A stretch of DNA of 32,000 nt from Synechococcus sp. A15-24 (GTDB lineage: Bacteria; Cyanobacteriota; Cyanobacteriia; PCC-6307; Cyanobiaceae): contig NZ_CP047960.1 of the NCBI RefSeq assembly GCF_014280195.1, positions 510,001 through 542,000 on the forward strand. The letters run 5' to 3'. The position numbers and the translations under genes were made by a program. Positions 1 through 10,366 of this stretch are shown here, piece after piece; the stretch's first letter is position 1; every line of letters starts with the position of its first letter. The notes below the pieces were generated by a model. That model saw only the letters and a program-made list of their open reading frames with translations. It was not told the origin of the DNA and searched no databases.

Positions 1-990
1 TACGGACCGATTGCCCGCTACGGCGTTGAGGAGTTCGTTTCCGACAACGTGGTGATCCTGCGCAACGTGTTGGAGGGTGAGCGCCGTCGCCGCACGGTGG
101 AGATCCTTAAATTGCGGGGCACCACCCACATGAAGGGGGAATTCCCCTTCACCATGGGCACCCATGGCATCAGCATCTTCCCTCTGGGTGCAATGCGTTT
201 GACCCAGCGCTCTTCGAACGTGCGGGTCAGTTCCGGTGTGCCGCGGCTGGACGGGATGTGCGGTGGTGGGTTCTTCAAGGATTCGATCATCCTGGCCACC
301 GGTGCCACCGGTACCGGCAAGACCCTGCTGGTTTCGAAGTTCATCGAAGACGCCTGCCGCAACAAGGAGCGGGCAATTCTGTTTGCCTACGAAGAGTCCC
401 GCGCTCAGCTGCTGCGCAACGGCACCAGCTGGGGCATCGACTTCGAGCAGATGGAGCAGGACGGTTTGCTCAAGATCATCTGCGCTTACCCCGAATCGAC
501 CGGGCTGGAGGATCATCTGCAGATCATCAAAACGGAGATCGGTCAGTTCAAGCCATCCCGGATGGCCATCGACTCCCTCTCGGCCTTGGCTCGGGGTGTC
601 AGTCACAACGCCTTCCGGCAGTTCGTGATCGGCGTGACCGGTTACGCCAAACAGGAGGAGATCGCCGGCTTCTTCACGAACACCTCTGAGGAGTTCATGG
701 GTAGCCACTCGATCACGGACTCCCACATCTCCACCATCACCGACACGATCCTGATGCTGCAGTACGTGGAGATTCGCGGTGAGATGGCCCGGGCGCTGAA
801 TGTGTTCAAGATGCGCGGCTCCTGGCACGACAAGGGCATCCGCGAATTTGTGATCACCAGCAACGGCCCGCAGATCAAGGATTCCTTCTCCAACTTCGAG
901 CGGATCATCTCCGGCGTTCCCCATCGGGTTTCCACCGACGAACGCAGCGAGTTGTCCCGTATCGCCCGCGGCGTCTCCAGCGAGGACTAA
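1..990 (+). CDS. kaiC: Circadian clock protein KaiC, C-terminal part (5' end lies outside the window)
   Basis: The frame is open from base 1 (YGPIARYGVEEFVSDNVVILRNVLEGERRRRTVEILKLRGTTHMKGEFPF...). It includes the CII Walker A motif GATGTGKT and the C-terminal ...VFKMRGSWHDKGIREFVIT motif typical of KaiC. Stop TAA at 988-990. Confidence 0.93.
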   Translation, partial: YGPIARYGVEEFVSDNVVILRNVLEGERRRRTVEILKLRGTTHMKGEFPFTMGTHGISIFPLGAMRLTQRSSNVRVSSGVPRLDGMCGGGFFKDSIILATGATGTGKTLLVSKFIEDACRNKERAILFAYEESRAQLLRNGTSWGIDFEQMEQDGLLKIICAYPESTGLEDHLQIIKTEIGQFKPSRMAIDSLSALARGVSHNAFRQFVIGVTGYAKQEEIAGFFTNTSEEFMGSHSITDSHISTITDTILMLQYVEIRGEMARALNVFKMRGSWHDKGIREFVITSNGPQIKDSFSNFERIISGVPHRVSTDERSELSRIARGVSSED

Positions 991-3029
991 GCCAACTGTT
1001 CAGCGGTGGAGCGACGTTCGGCCTGCAGCTTCAGTTCATCCACATCCGCCTGACCCAAGGGCAGATCAAACCAGAAGGTTGTTCCCACCTCCGGTTCACT
1101 GGCCATCGACACCCTGGTGCCATGTTTCTCGAGAATTCCACGCACAATTGACAGGCCCAGGCCGGTTCCCACTTCCGTATGGACGGCATTCTCCACACGG
1201 AAAAAGCGGTCGAAGATCCGCTCCTGGTCAGCGGCGCTGATGCCGCATCCGGTATCCGCGACTTCCACCCGCAGCCGCGGCAGCGGTGAACTGAGCGCAC
1301 AGCTGGGCCCCGCCTGCTCATCTTTGGGAGATCCCATTGGGCAGGTGTCGGGCCAGGGATAAGCCCGCAGAGCAAGGGTTCCGCCGGAACGGCTGAACTT
1401 CAGGGCATTGCCCACGAGGTTGTCGAGCACCTGCAGCAGTAGATCCCAGTTGCCCAGCACTTCCGGCAGATCCTCCGGTGCATCCAGCTCCAGCTTCACC
1501 TGCTTGTCGTCGGCGTTGAGGCGGTAGGTGCGCAGGGTCTGCTCCATGGCGGGGAGAAGATTCATTGCTTCGAACTGAACGGCGCGACCGGACTCCAGGC
1601 GTGAGAGGTCGAGCACGTCGTTGACAAGACGGGTAAGGCGATCGGTTTCGTCGTTGGCGACGCCGAGAAATTCCTTATGCTCTTCGGGGCTGAGCTGATC
1701 ACCGAGATCATGCAGCGTTTCGACGTAGCTCTTGATGTTGAACAGCGGTGTGCGCAGTTCATGGGAGACGTTGCTGATGAAACGACTCTGAGCTGCATTC
1801 AGTTCCACTTCCCTGGTGAGATCCTGCACGGTGACGGCTATGCCCTTGAGCGATTCGCCGCTGGCATCGCGCACGGCCTGCATCACGATGCGCAGGGTTC
1901 GGCTCGGTTCACCGACGCTGCAGCGCAGGTCCTCACTGTCAGCGCCGCTGATCAGCAGAAGATCGAGTGGGGCCTGGAGTTCGATCGCCAGCAGGTCCGG
2001 CAATTCAGCCACCAGCTCCTGCCCTTCAAGCTTGCGCCCTTCCCAGCGAAACAGACGCCGAGCGGTGGGGTTGACCAGCACGATCCGGCCCTGTTCATCG
2101 AGAAGAATGGCGCCGTCGGCCATGGTGGCGATCAGCGACTGCTGCTTCACCTGGGCTGCGGTCAACTCCTCAATGTTGGCTTCGTCGTAGGCCTCGAGCT
2201 GGGAGGCCATGGCGTTGAAGCCGGTCAGCAATTCCCCCAGCTCACCGCCAACGGGCAGGTCGATGCGGGCCTGGAAGTTGCCGAGGGAAATCGAACGAAC
2301 GCCTCGCAGCAGTTCCTTCACCGGACGGGTGATGGTGAGAGCGTTGAACACAGCCCCCAGGATCACCAGCACCCAGATCGAGATGAACACTGCCACGGTC
2401 ACCTCCCGGGTGAGAGCGGCACTGGCGAGAGCGGTTTCGTTGGGGTTCACCCCCAGACCGAGCACGCCGTAGTAACGCCCGTTGCGAATCAGGGGGACGA
2501 AAACGTCGGTTACCCGGCCCTGGGGGGTGAGGTGCTGCCGCACCAGGGGATTCTGCGGGCGGCGGCGCAGTTCGTCCGGCAGCTCCAGTCGCCGATTCAG
2601 GCGTAGATCACCGTCACCACCGGCGGAGGCCCCGCTGATCGGGATGCCGAGGTAGACAACGCCATCGGGATCGGCGAAGAAGATGTAGCGAACACTGCGG
2701 CTGGACCGCCAGAACTTTTCGGCCACGTTGGCCAGTTCGCGGTCCTGTTCCTGGGCCACCAGTTCGGTGACGTTGCCGGCCAGCAACAGGCCCAGGTCGC
2801 GGGCATAGCGGGTGTCGTTCATCACGGCATCGCGCTGGATGCCGTTCAGGGCCAGGAAGGTGATGCCGGTCATCACCAGGCTCACCACGAGGGTGGCGAC
2901 GGCCAGCAGTTTGGTCTGCAGGCTGAATTCAGCCCACCACGCGACGATGCGACGCCAGATCCCGTCGGATCCAGGCTCTGGCCCACCGGGTTGCGGTAGG
3001 GCCCAGTCAGCGGTCGCGGGGGTTGTCAT
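987..3029 (-). CDS. nblS: Sensor histidine kinase NblS/Hik33 (two TM segments, HAMP, PAS, HisKA, HATPase)
   Basis: 680-aa ORF. The N-terminus WWAEFSLQTKLLAVATLVVSLVMTGITF...NDTRYARDLGLLLAGNV resembles NblS/DspA. H-box SHELRTPL and G-box DTGCGI...GTGLGLSIV are present. Its start overlaps the purD stop (ATGA). Confidence 0.88.
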   Translation of the reverse strand: MTTPATADWALPQPGGPEPGSDGIWRRIVAWWAEFSLQTKLLAVATLVVSLVMTGITFLALNGIQRDAVMNDTRYARDLGLLLAGNVTELVAQEQDRELANVAEKFWRSSRSVRYIFFADPDGVVYLGIPISGASAGGDGDLRLNRRLELPDELRRRPQNPLVRQHLTPQGRVTDVFVPLIRNGRYYGVLGLGVNPNETALASAALTREVTVAVFISIWVLVILGAVFNALTITRPVKELLRGVRSISLGNFQARIDLPVGGELGELLTGFNAMASQLEAYDEANIEELTAAQVKQQSLIATMADGAILLDEQGRIVLVNPTARRLFRWEGRKLEGQELVAELPDLLAIELQAPLDLLLISGADSEDLRCSVGEPSRTLRIVMQAVRDASGESLKGIAVTVQDLTREVELNAAQSRFISNVSHELRTPLFNIKSYVETLHDLGDQLSPEEHKEFLGVANDETDRLTRLVNDVLDLSRLESGRAVQFEAMNLLPAMEQTLRTYRLNADDKQVKLELDAPEDLPEVLGNWDLLLQVLDNLVGNALKFSRSGGTLALRAYPWPDTCPMGSPKDEQAGPSCALSSPLPRLRVEVADTGCGISAADQERIFDRFFRVENAVHTEVGTGLGLSIVRGILEKHGTRVSMASEPEVGTTFWFDLPLGQADVDELKLQAERRSTAEQLA

Positions 3030-4333
3030 CCGCTGGAGCGCACCTGATGGCCGATATCGCGACGGTACGTGATTCCATCGAATTGCACCTGCTGGAGCCC
3101 GTTGTAGGCACCAGCGAAGGCCTGGTCAAAGTTGTCTCCCTGGGCGACAACCGCCAGCACACGCCCCCCGGAGGTGATCAGCTCACCGTCGGCACTGCGC
3201 CGGGTGCCGGCGTGGAACAGCTGGCGGTTGGTCTCGCTGCTGAAGCCCAGCTGGATGGCATCGCCCTTGCGGGGGGAGTCGGGGTAGCCGGAGGCTGCCG
3301 CCACCACACAGGCGCTGCAGAGTGCATCGATCGAGAGCGCTGGGGCCAGGTCGAGCCGTCCCAAGGCACAGGCCTGCAGCACCTGCGCCAGCTCCGGTCC
3401 CAGCAGGGGCATCAGGGTCTGGCATTCCGGATCCCCGAAGCGGCAATTGAATTCGATCACCTGGGGTCCGGCGTCGGTGAGCATCAGGCCGGCGTAGATG
3501 ACGCCGCGGTAATCAATGCCGCGGGCCTTGAGCGCCTGCAGCGTTGGCTCCAGCACCAGACGGCGAACCTGCTCAAGGCCTTCGCCATCCAGCAGTGGTG
3601 CGGGGGCGTAGGCCCCCATGCCGCCGGTGTTAGGGCCCTGGTCTCCCTCCAGCAATCGCTTGTGGTCCTGGGCCGGTGGCAACAGCACCATCCGCTCCCC
3701 ATCGCAGAGAGCGAACACCGACACCTCCGGGCCCTGCAGCCGCTCCTCCAGCACCAGATGGGAGCCGGCGCTGCCGAAGCGGCCGGCGAAGGCGTCCCGG
3801 ATCGCCGCCTCCGCCTGCTCGATCGTGTCGGCGACGGTGACCCCCTTGCCCGCCGCCAGGCCATCGGCCTTCACCACCAGCGGCCGGCCCACCTCGGCCA
3901 GCACCGCCAGGGCATCGGCTTCGCTGGTCACCGCCCAATGGCCGGCGGTGGGCACCCCGGCCTCCTGCATCAGCTGCTTGGCCCAGGCCTTGCTGGCCTC
4001 CAGTTGCGCCCCCTCGGCCCCTGGACCGAACACGGCGATGCCGGCCTGCCGCAGGGCATCGGCCACCCCAGCAGCCAGAGGGGCTTCCGGACCCACCACG
4101 ACCAAATCAACAGAATGCGTTTGGCAGTGGGCGATCAGGGCGGCACTGTCGGTCTCCGCGATGGAGAGGGCCTGCTGGTTACTGCCGGCATTGCCCGGGG
4201 TGATCCAGACCGTCTCAATGGCGTCATGGCGCTGCAGGGCCCAGCTCAGGGCGTGTTCGCGGCCGCCACCACCAACGACGAGCACCCGCTGCAGGTCGGG
4301 CAGGGCGTGGGGACGGGTGGACGAGATGGCCAT
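3026..4333 (-). CDS. purD: Phosphoribosylamine-glycine ligase
   Basis: VLVVGGGGREHALSWAL N-terminus and an ATP-grasp body, ending in ...FHAGT...GGRVLAVVA. I placed the start at the internal ATG 4333 (MAISSTRPH...); the ORF track starts at 4393. Confidence 0.9.
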   Translation of the reverse strand: MAISSTRPHALPDLQRVLVVGGGGREHALSWALQRHDAIETVWITPGNAGSNQQALSIAETDSAALIAHCQTHSVDLVVVGPEAPLAAGVADALRQAGIAVFGPGAEGAQLEASKAWAKQLMQEAGVPTAGHWAVTSEADALAVLAEVGRPLVVKADGLAAGKGVTVADTIEQAEAAIRDAFAGRFGSAGSHLVLEERLQGPEVSVFALCDGERMVLLPPAQDHKRLLEGDQGPNTGGMGAYAPAPLLDGEGLEQVRRLVLEPTLQALKARGIDYRGVIYAGLMLTDAGPQVIEFNCRFGDPECQTLMPLLGPELAQVLQACALGRLDLAPALSIDALCSACVVAAASGYPDSPRKGDAIQLGFSSETNRQLFHAGTRRSADGELITSGGRVLAVVAQGDNFDQAFAGAYNGLQQVQFDGITYRRDIGHQVRSSG

Positions 4334-4391
4334 GGGGGCAAACCGGAGCGGAGGGGCCTCGTAGATTCTCCGTTGTAAAACGCAGCTCGCC

Positions 4392-5270
4392 ATGGGGATT
4401 CAGCCCCTGCCCATGCTGCTGTCGCTGCTGGCGGCGGCGATACCGCTCAGCGAGCCTCAGCCCATGGCGGAGGAGCGGTTTCAACAATGGTTGCTGGAGT
4501 CGGATCTGCAGCAGCTGGAGCTGGGTTGCACCGACCCGCTGATCGGCGCCACCGGCGGGCGTCAGCAGCAAATCCGGGATCGCTTGTTGGTGCTGCATCC
4601 CGCTCCTGACTCATTTGAGCTGGTGATGGCGAATGCCACCGCGTTGCTCACCTGCGGTTCACCGGACAGTGCGGCGCGGGTGCTCAATCGGATCAGTCCA
4701 GCTGTGGGCGAGGAGCGCCGTCGCTGGCTTCGCCTGCGCTGGCAGGCCGCAGCGGCGGGGCTGGATCACCGCGAAGCGGCTTTGGCGTTGCGGCGGCTGG
4801 TGAACGGTGATCTGATCGCCCTGGCGAGCCTGGAGCTTGGGGATGGTCGACTGGGGTTGGATCAACTGGCTGAGCATGAGGCGGCCCTGGGTCGACAGCA
4901 GGAGGCCGCTGCGGTGCTGCTGCTGGCCCTGAATACCCAGCGGCTCGCCCAGGCTGCTGATTGGCTGGCGAGTGCTGATGCTGCAGCGGCTGATCAGTTG
5001 CTGGAACAGACGCTGGATCAGGCGGCGGCGGATCAGGCCTGGGGGCTGGCCGTGGAGCTGCTGGAGCTGCAGTTGCGCCTGCAGATGGCGGCCGGTGGTG
5101 ATGGCGCTCGGCCAAGGCAACGGTTGCAACGGCTGGCTGCCCAGCTCGATGACCGTTACAGCCTCTGGCGGCTGGAGGGGGGTGATGAGCTGGATCTGGG
5201 GCTGCGATCGCCGCGGCAGCCCGGCGGCCATGCTGCGGTAGGAGATTCCCCTGACGCACCGTCCCCATGA
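4392..5270 (+). CDS. Hypothetical exported Ala/Leu/Gln-rich protein
   Basis: 292-aa ORF with a hydrophobic N-terminus ([20 protein letters not shown]). Divergent from purD. Its stop overlaps the purC start (ATGA at 5267-5270). No family recognised. Confidence 0.55.
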   Translation: MGIQPLPMLLSLLAAAIPLSEPQPMAEERFQQWLLESDLQQLELGCTDPLIGATGGRQQQIRDRLLVLHPAPDSFELVMANATALLTCGSPDSAARVLNRISPAVGEERRRWLRLRWQAAAAGLDHREAALALRRLVNGDLIALASLELGDGRLGLDQLAEHEAALGRQQEAAAVLLLALNTQRLAQAADWLASADAAAADQLLEQTLDQAAADQAWGLAVELLELQLRLQMAAGGDGARPRQRLQRLAAQLDDRYSLWRLEGGDELDLGLRSPRQPGGHAAVGDSPDAPSP

Positions 5271-6019
5271 GTCCCGACCACGGCGAGCTGCTGTACGAGG
5301 GCAAGGCGAAGCGCATCTACGCCACAGACCACCCGGATCAGGTGCTGGTGGAGTACAAAAACGACGCGACGGCGTTCAATGCCCAGAAGAAGGCCCAGCT
5401 GGCGGATAAAGGACGGTTGAACTGCCAGATCTCGGCTCGGTTGTTTGAGCTGCTGGAGGGGCAGGGTGTTCAAAGCCACTACCTGGGGTTGGCGGGCGAC
5501 ACCTGGATGCTGGTGCAGCGGGTGGAGGTGATTCCGCTGGAGGTGGTGCTGCGCAACATCGCGACCGGATCGCTGTGCCGTCAGACGCCGATTGCGGAAG
5601 GAACTCCTATCAATCCAGCCCTGCTTGATCTCTTTTACAAGGATGATGACCTCGGTGATCCGTTGTTGACGGAAGCCCGGGTGCGGTTGCTGGGGCTGGT
5701 GGATGACGCCCAACTGTCAGCGATTGAACAACTGGCGCGGCGAATCAACGGCGTGCTGGAGCCATTTTTCGACGGCCTTGAGCTGCAGTTGGTGGATTTC
5801 AAGCTTGAACTCGGGCTCAACAGGGCGGGCGAGTTGCTGCTGGCTGATGAGATCAGCCCTGACACCTGCCGCTTCTGGGATCAGCGCAGCAGTGATGCCA
5901 ATGATCGGATTCTGGACAAGGACCGCTTCCGCAAAGATCTCGGTGGTGTTATGGAGGCCTACGGGGAGGTCCTCAAACGGGTCCACACCGCCTGCCCGAA
6001 CCCCCGCAACTGCCTGTAA
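5267..6019 (+). CDS. purC: Phosphoribosylaminoimidazole-succinocarboxamide (SAICAR) synthase
   Basis: [11 protein letters not shown]...YKNDATAFN...[14 protein letters not shown]...[14 protein letters not shown] motifs typical of PurC. Confidence 0.92.
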   Translation: MSPDHGELLYEGKAKRIYATDHPDQVLVEYKNDATAFNAQKKAQLADKGRLNCQISARLFELLEGQGVQSHYLGLAGDTWMLVQRVEVIPLEVVLRNIATGSLCRQTPIAEGTPINPALLDLFYKDDDLGDPLLTEARVRLLGLVDDAQLSAIEQLARRINGVLEPFFDGLELQLVDFKLELGLNRAGELLLADEISPDTCRFWDQRSSDANDRILDKDRFRKDLGGVMEAYGEVLKRVHTACPNPRNCL

Positions 6020-6061
6020 GGTCAGCGGACATTTTGTGGCTTCGGCCCTGAAACCGCCTCG

Positions 6062-8239
6062 ATGACCCGACGCAGCACTCGCCGTTCCTCGGTTGCCGTT
6101 GGTCAGGGGCTCCTGGGTCTGGCCTTGGGCTTGCCACTCACTGCAGCATCGGTGCTGGCGCAGGACACGCCAGTCGCTGAGGTGGAGCAGGTCGAGGTCG
6201 CACAGCTTGATTCCCTGGAGGCCGAGGTCCCGCGGGTGCTGATTTCGGAAGTGTTGATCGAAGGGATCGGCGGACACCCAGAGGAGGGACGGCTGCAGGT
6301 GGCGGCCTACGGGGCGATGCAGGTGCGGCCTGGCAGTCGAGTCACCCGTGAGGAGCTGCAGCGGGACCTCAATGCCATCCAGGCCACCGGCTGGTTTTCC
6401 GACGTCCGGATCAACCCGGTCAACGGTCCTCTCGGGGTGCAGGTGGTTGTGCAGGTTGAGACCTTCCCCACCCTGTCCAGGGTCGAGCTTGACCCCGTTT
6501 CAGAAGAGCTGCCTGAGGCAGTGGTTGATGAGATCTTCAGCCCCGATTACGGCCGCACGCTGAACCTCAACGATCTGCAGAAGCGGATGAAGGATCTGCA
6601 GGCCTGGTACGCCGGGCAGGGTTACTCGCTTGCACGTATCTCAGGTCCCGAGCGGGTCAGTCCTGAAGGGGTTTTGACCCTGAAGCTGATCCAGGGGAGC
6701 GTCGCCAGAGTTGAAGTGGAGTTCCTCAATAGCGAGGGAACCTCAACTGACGAGAACGGTGATCCGATTCGCGGCAAAACCAAGGAATGGGTGGTCACCC
6801 GTGAAATCTCCGTTCAGCCCGGTGACACGTTCAACCGCAACAAGCTCGAAAAGGACATCAAGCGCCTCTATGGCACTCAGTTGTTCAGTGATGTGAAGGT
6901 GACCCTCAAGCCTGTGCCTGAGCAGCCCGGTGATGTGGTGATCGTGCTGGGGATTGTGGAGCAGTCCACGGGCCAGCTGTCCGGCGGTCTCGGCTACAGC
7001 CAAAGCCAGGGTGTGTTCGGTCAGGTGCAGCTGCAGGACAGCAATTTCTTCGGTCGCGCCTGGAACATCGGTGTCAACGTTACCTATGGCCAATACGGCG
7101 GCCTGGCCAACCTGAACTTCACCGATCCCTGGATAAAGGGCGACAAACATCGCACCTCGTTCCGCGGCTCCCTGTTCCTCAGTCAGCAGGTGCCGCAGGT
7201 GTTCCAGAGCGAAGACAGCGGCAACATCCGCACCATTGACGGCTACGAAGACAACGGCAACAAGTACGCCTACGACGTGGGCCGCAAGTACAAATTCTCG
7301 GATTACGAGAAGGTGCCCGGTTCCGTCAACAAAGCTGAAAAGGAGTACCCCAACCGCAGCTGGTTTGATTACGAGGGTGATTCCTTTGCCCTGCGCAAGA
7401 CCGGGAGCAGCATTGCGTTCACGCGGCCCCTCAATGGTGGTGATCCGTTCAAGGACACCCCCTGGCGGGTGCTGGCTGGTCTTTCAATCAGCGAAGTGAG
7501 GCCGATCAACTTCGCGGCTGACAGCCGTGTTTACGGCGTGTCCACCAACAACTTCAAGGACGGTCGAGTGAAGAACAAGGACATCATCTGCGTGTCCTAC
7601 AACTGCGCTGACAGCAACATGCTGACTGGCCTGCGCTTCGCCACGACCTACAACAATTTCAACAACCCCCGTAATCCCACCAGCGGCAACTTCTTTACCG
7701 CCAGCACCGAGCAGTTCATCGGTGTGAACGAGGATTCCCCCACCTTCAATCGTCTTCGGGGCAGCTACACCCAGTTCTTCCCCGTGAACTGGCTGAAACT
7801 GCACAAGGGTTGCCGGCCTGATGCAGGAGAGGTCGCAGATTGCCCGCAGGCCATCGGTCTCCAAGTGAAGGCCGGCACGATCATCGGTGATCTGCCCCCC
7901 TACGAAGCCTTCTGCATAGGTGGCTCCAACTCGATCCGCGGTTGGTACGACTGCGATCTGGCCGTTGCGCGCACCTTCGGTGAAGTCACTCTTGAGTACC
8001 GCTTCCCGATCATCAGCGTGTTCTCCGGTGAGCTGTTCGTCGACGCCGGCACCGATTTCAATACCCAGAAAAATGTGCCTGGCAAGCCGGGTCTTTTGCT
8101 CGACAAGGATGGTTCCGGTGTGTCTGTGGGAACGGGTGTGATCGTTGGTACCCCCGTTGGACCCCTGCGCCTGGAGGTGGCGAGCAAGGACTTCACCTCT
8201 GACTGGCGCTTCAACCTGGGAGTGGGCTGGAAGTTCTAG
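6062..8239 (+). CDS. bamA: Omp85/BamA-family outer membrane protein assembly factor (POTRA repeats plus beta-barrel)
   Basis: 725 aa with a signal peptide (LLGLALGLPLTAASVLAQ). POTRA-like repeats (I..I.I.G...). The C-terminal barrel ends in RFNLGVGWKF, an aromatic terminal residue. It lies directly upstream of lpxC-fabZ-lpxA-lpxB. Confidence 0.85.
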   Translation: MTRRSTRRSSVAVGQGLLGLALGLPLTAASVLAQDTPVAEVEQVEVAQLDSLEAEVPRVLISEVLIEGIGGHPEEGRLQVAAYGAMQVRPGSRVTREELQRDLNAIQATGWFSDVRINPVNGPLGVQVVVQVETFPTLSRVELDPVSEELPEAVVDEIFSPDYGRTLNLNDLQKRMKDLQAWYAGQGYSLARISGPERVSPEGVLTLKLIQGSVARVEVEFLNSEGTSTDENGDPIRGKTKEWVVTREISVQPGDTFNRNKLEKDIKRLYGTQLFSDVKVTLKPVPEQPGDVVIVLGIVEQSTGQLSGGLGYSQSQGVFGQVQLQDSNFFGRAWNIGVNVTYGQYGGLANLNFTDPWIKGDKHRTSFRGSLFLSQQVPQVFQSEDSGNIRTIDGYEDNGNKYAYDVGRKYKFSDYEKVPGSVNKAEKEYPNRSWFDYEGDSFALRKTGSSIAFTRPLNGGDPFKDTPWRVLAGLSISEVRPINFAADSRVYGVSTNNFKDGRVKNKDIICVSYNCADSNMLTGLRFATTYNNFNNPRNPTSGNFFTASTEQFIGVNEDSPTFNRLRGSYTQFFPVNWLKLHKGCRPDAGEVADCPQAIGLQVKAGTIIGDLPPYEAFCIGGSNSIRGWYDCDLAVARTFGEVTLEYRFPIISVFSGELFVDAGTDFNTQKNVPGKPGLLLDKDGSGVSVGTGVIVGTPVGPLRLEVASKDFTSDWRFNLGVGWKF

Positions 8240-9066
8240 TGACCAACTGGCCGCAGGACTATTCAGGCGCCTGGACCCTCGCCGCAAAGGTGGAGCGGCG
8301 TGGCGTTGGGCTGCACAGCGGCGGTGAGTCGACCGTGTGCTTGCGTCCCTGCGACAAGCCGGGGTTTCATCTGCGCGTCGGCGCTGAAGCTGAAGCCGTT
8401 CGTCTCGGCCCCAATCAGGTGCGGGACAGTCAGCTCTGCACAACGCTGGACCTGGGGGCTCACCGCGTGGCCACCGTGGAGCATCTGCTGGCGGCCCTGG
8501 CAGGCTGTGGTTTGTCCCATTGCGAGATCGCTGTTCAGGGCGGTGAAATTCCGCTGCTGGATGGTTCTGCTCTCGGCTGGGTGGAGGCCATTGCGGAGGT
8601 CGGTCTGAAGCCCGCCGCCAGTGAGCGGCCGCCGGCCCCGCAGTTGGAGCAGCCCCTGGTGCGGCACCGCGGCAGCAGCGTGATCACCGCCACACCCTCG
8701 GATCGGTTCAGCCTGGTGGGCATCATCGATTTCCCCCAGGCGGCCATCGGCCGTCAACAGTTGGCGCTGGAACTGACCCCCCAACGCTTCATTGACGAGA
8801 TTGCACCGGCCCGCACCTTTGGTTTCCGTGACCAGGTGGAGCAGCTGCGGGCCGCCGGCCTGATCCAGGGGGGAGCCCTGGACAATGCCCTGGTCTGCGA
8901 CGGTGATCACTGGCTGAACCCGCCGCTGCGCTTTGCCGACGAACCGGTGCGCCATAAGCTGCTGGACCTCATCGGTGATCTGGCGCTTGTGGGCTTCCCC
9001 CAGGCCCAGGTCCTTGTGTACCGGGGCTCCCATGGGCTCCACACCGATCTCGCCGCTGCCCTGTGA
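8239..9066 (+). CDS. lpxC: UDP-3-O-acyl-N-acetylglucosamine deacetylase
   Basis: [29 protein letters not shown], and [12 protein letters not shown]...GSHGLH motifs. The GTG start overlaps the bamA stop by 1 nt. Confidence 0.9.
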   Translation: MTNWPQDYSGAWTLAAKVERRGVGLHSGGESTVCLRPCDKPGFHLRVGAEAEAVRLGPNQVRDSQLCTTLDLGAHRVATVEHLLAALAGCGLSHCEIAVQGGEIPLLDGSALGWVEAIAEVGLKPAASERPPAPQLEQPLVRHRGSSVITATPSDRFSLVGIIDFPQAAIGRQQLALELTPQRFIDEIAPARTFGFRDQVEQLRAAGLIQGGALDNALVCDGDHWLNPPLRFADEPVRHKLLDLIGDLALVGFPQAQVLVYRGSHGLHTDLAAAL

Positions 9067-9533
9067 CTGATTCCCCCGCCTCGGACGCCGTTCAGTCCTC
9101 CGTGGTGCTGAACAGTGAACAGATCGCTGGACTGCTGCCCCACCGCTATCCGTTTGCTCTGGTGGACCGGGTGATCGCTCATGAGCCTGGGGTGTCGGCG
9201 ACCGCGATCAAGAACGTGACCGTGAATGAGCCGCAGTTTCAAGGCCACTTCCCTGGACGCCCGTTGATGCCGGGGGTGCTGATTGTTGAGGCGATGGCTC
9301 AGGTCGGTGGGTTGATCGTGACCCAGATGCCCGATCTGCCGAAGGGTCTGTTCGTCTTTGCCGGGATTGACGGGGTACGCTTCCGCCGCCCCGTGGTTCC
9401 TGGAGATCAGCTGGTGATCCACTGCGAACTGCTCAGCCTCAAGCGCAAACGCTTCGGCAAGGTGAAGGCGGAAGCCAAAGTGGAGGGCGAGCTGGTCTGT
9501 TCCGGCGAGCTGATGTTCTCCCTGGTGGACTGA
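9063..9533 (+). CDS. fabZ: 3-hydroxyacyl-ACP dehydratase
   Basis: [14 protein letters not shown]...[29 protein letters not shown] hot-dog fold signature. GTGA overlap with the lpxC stop. Confidence 0.93.
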   Translation: MTDSPASDAVQSSVVLNSEQIAGLLPHRYPFALVDRVIAHEPGVSATAIKNVTVNEPQFQGHFPGRPLMPGVLIVEAMAQVGGLIVTQMPDLPKGLFVFAGIDGVRFRRPVVPGDQLVIHCELLSLKRKRFGKVKAEAKVEGELVCSGELMFSLVD

Positions 9534-9538
9534 GAACC

Positions 9539-10366
9539 ATGACGGTGGAGCAGTCGCCCGTTCAGATCCATCCCCAGGCGGTGGTGGACCCCAAGGCGCA
9601 GCTGGCTGCGGGGGTGGTGATCGGTCCAGGCGCCGTTGTGGGGCCTGAGGTGTTGATTGGCGAGAACAGCTGGATCGGCCCCCATGCGGTGCTGGAGGGG
9701 CGACTCACCCTTGGTCGCGACAACAAGGTGTTTGCTGGTGCATGCCTGGGTCAGGAACCCCAGGACCTCAAGTACCGGGGTGCGCCGACGGAGGTGGTGA
9801 TAGGCGATGGCAACACCATCAGAGAGTGCGTGACGATCAACCGCGCCACCGATGAAGGGGAGGTGACGCGGATCGGCAACGGCAACCTGCTGATGGCGTA
9901 CTGCCACCTCGGTCACAACTGCGAGCTGGGGAGCGGGATCGTGATGTCCAATGCCATCCAGGTGGCCGGCCACGTGATCATCGAAGACCGGGCAGTGATC
10001 GGCGGCTGCCTCGGCATCCATCAGTTCGTTCACGTCGGTGGCATGGCCATGGTGGGTGGGATGACCCGGGTGGATCGTGATGTGCCCCCTTACTGCCTGG
10101 TGGAAGGTCATCCGGGACGGGTGCGGGGACTGAACCGGGTTGGCTTGCGGCGCAGTGGTCTTGGCAGTCGGCATGAGGGCCGTGAACTCAAGCAGCTGCA
10201 GGAAATCTGGACCCTGTTGTATCGCTCCGATCTGGTGATCGCTGAGGGGGTCAAACAGGCCCAGCAGCAGGAGCTTCTGCCGGCGGCAGCTCACCTTTGC
10301 CGTTTCCTGGCGGACTCGATCGCTGATGGGCGTCGTGGACCGATGCCGGCGTTGAGCAGTCGCTAA
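9539..10366 (+). CDS. lpxA: Acyl-ACP-UDP-N-acetylglucosamine O-acyltransferase
   Basis: Left-handed beta-helix hexapeptide repeats. [14 protein letters not shown]... and [14 protein letters not shown] resemble LpxA. Confidence 0.9.
   Translation: MTVEQSPVQIHPQAVVDPKAQLAAGVVIGPGAVVGPEVLIGENSWIGPHAVLEGRLTLGRDNKVFAGACLGQEPQDLKYRGAPTEVVIGDGNTIRECVTINRATDEGEVTRIGNGNLLMAYCHLGHNCELGSGIVMSNAIQVAGHVIIEDRAVIGGCLGIHQFVHVGGMAMVGGMTRVDRDVPPYCLVEGHPGRVRGLNRVGLRRSGLGSRHEGRELKQLQEIWTLLYRSDLVIAEGVKQAQQQELLPAAAHLCRFLADSIADGRRGPMPALSSR

Noticed and set aside
3023-4378. Long ORFs antisense to, or out of frame with, recognised genes. Examples: 3023-4378 (+), 1677-2606 (+), 7484-8443 (-), 8263-9042 (-), 9407-10294 (-), 13622-14251 (+), 16351-17226 (+), 17323-18495 (-), 21612-22265 (+), 25482-26378 (-), 29608-30216 (-).
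   Set aside because: Their translations are low-complexity and rich in Arg/Pro/Gly/Ala/His, with no recognisable motifs. Each overlaps a gene with strong family signatures on the other strand or frame. This is the usual stop-codon-poor artefact of GC-rich DNA.
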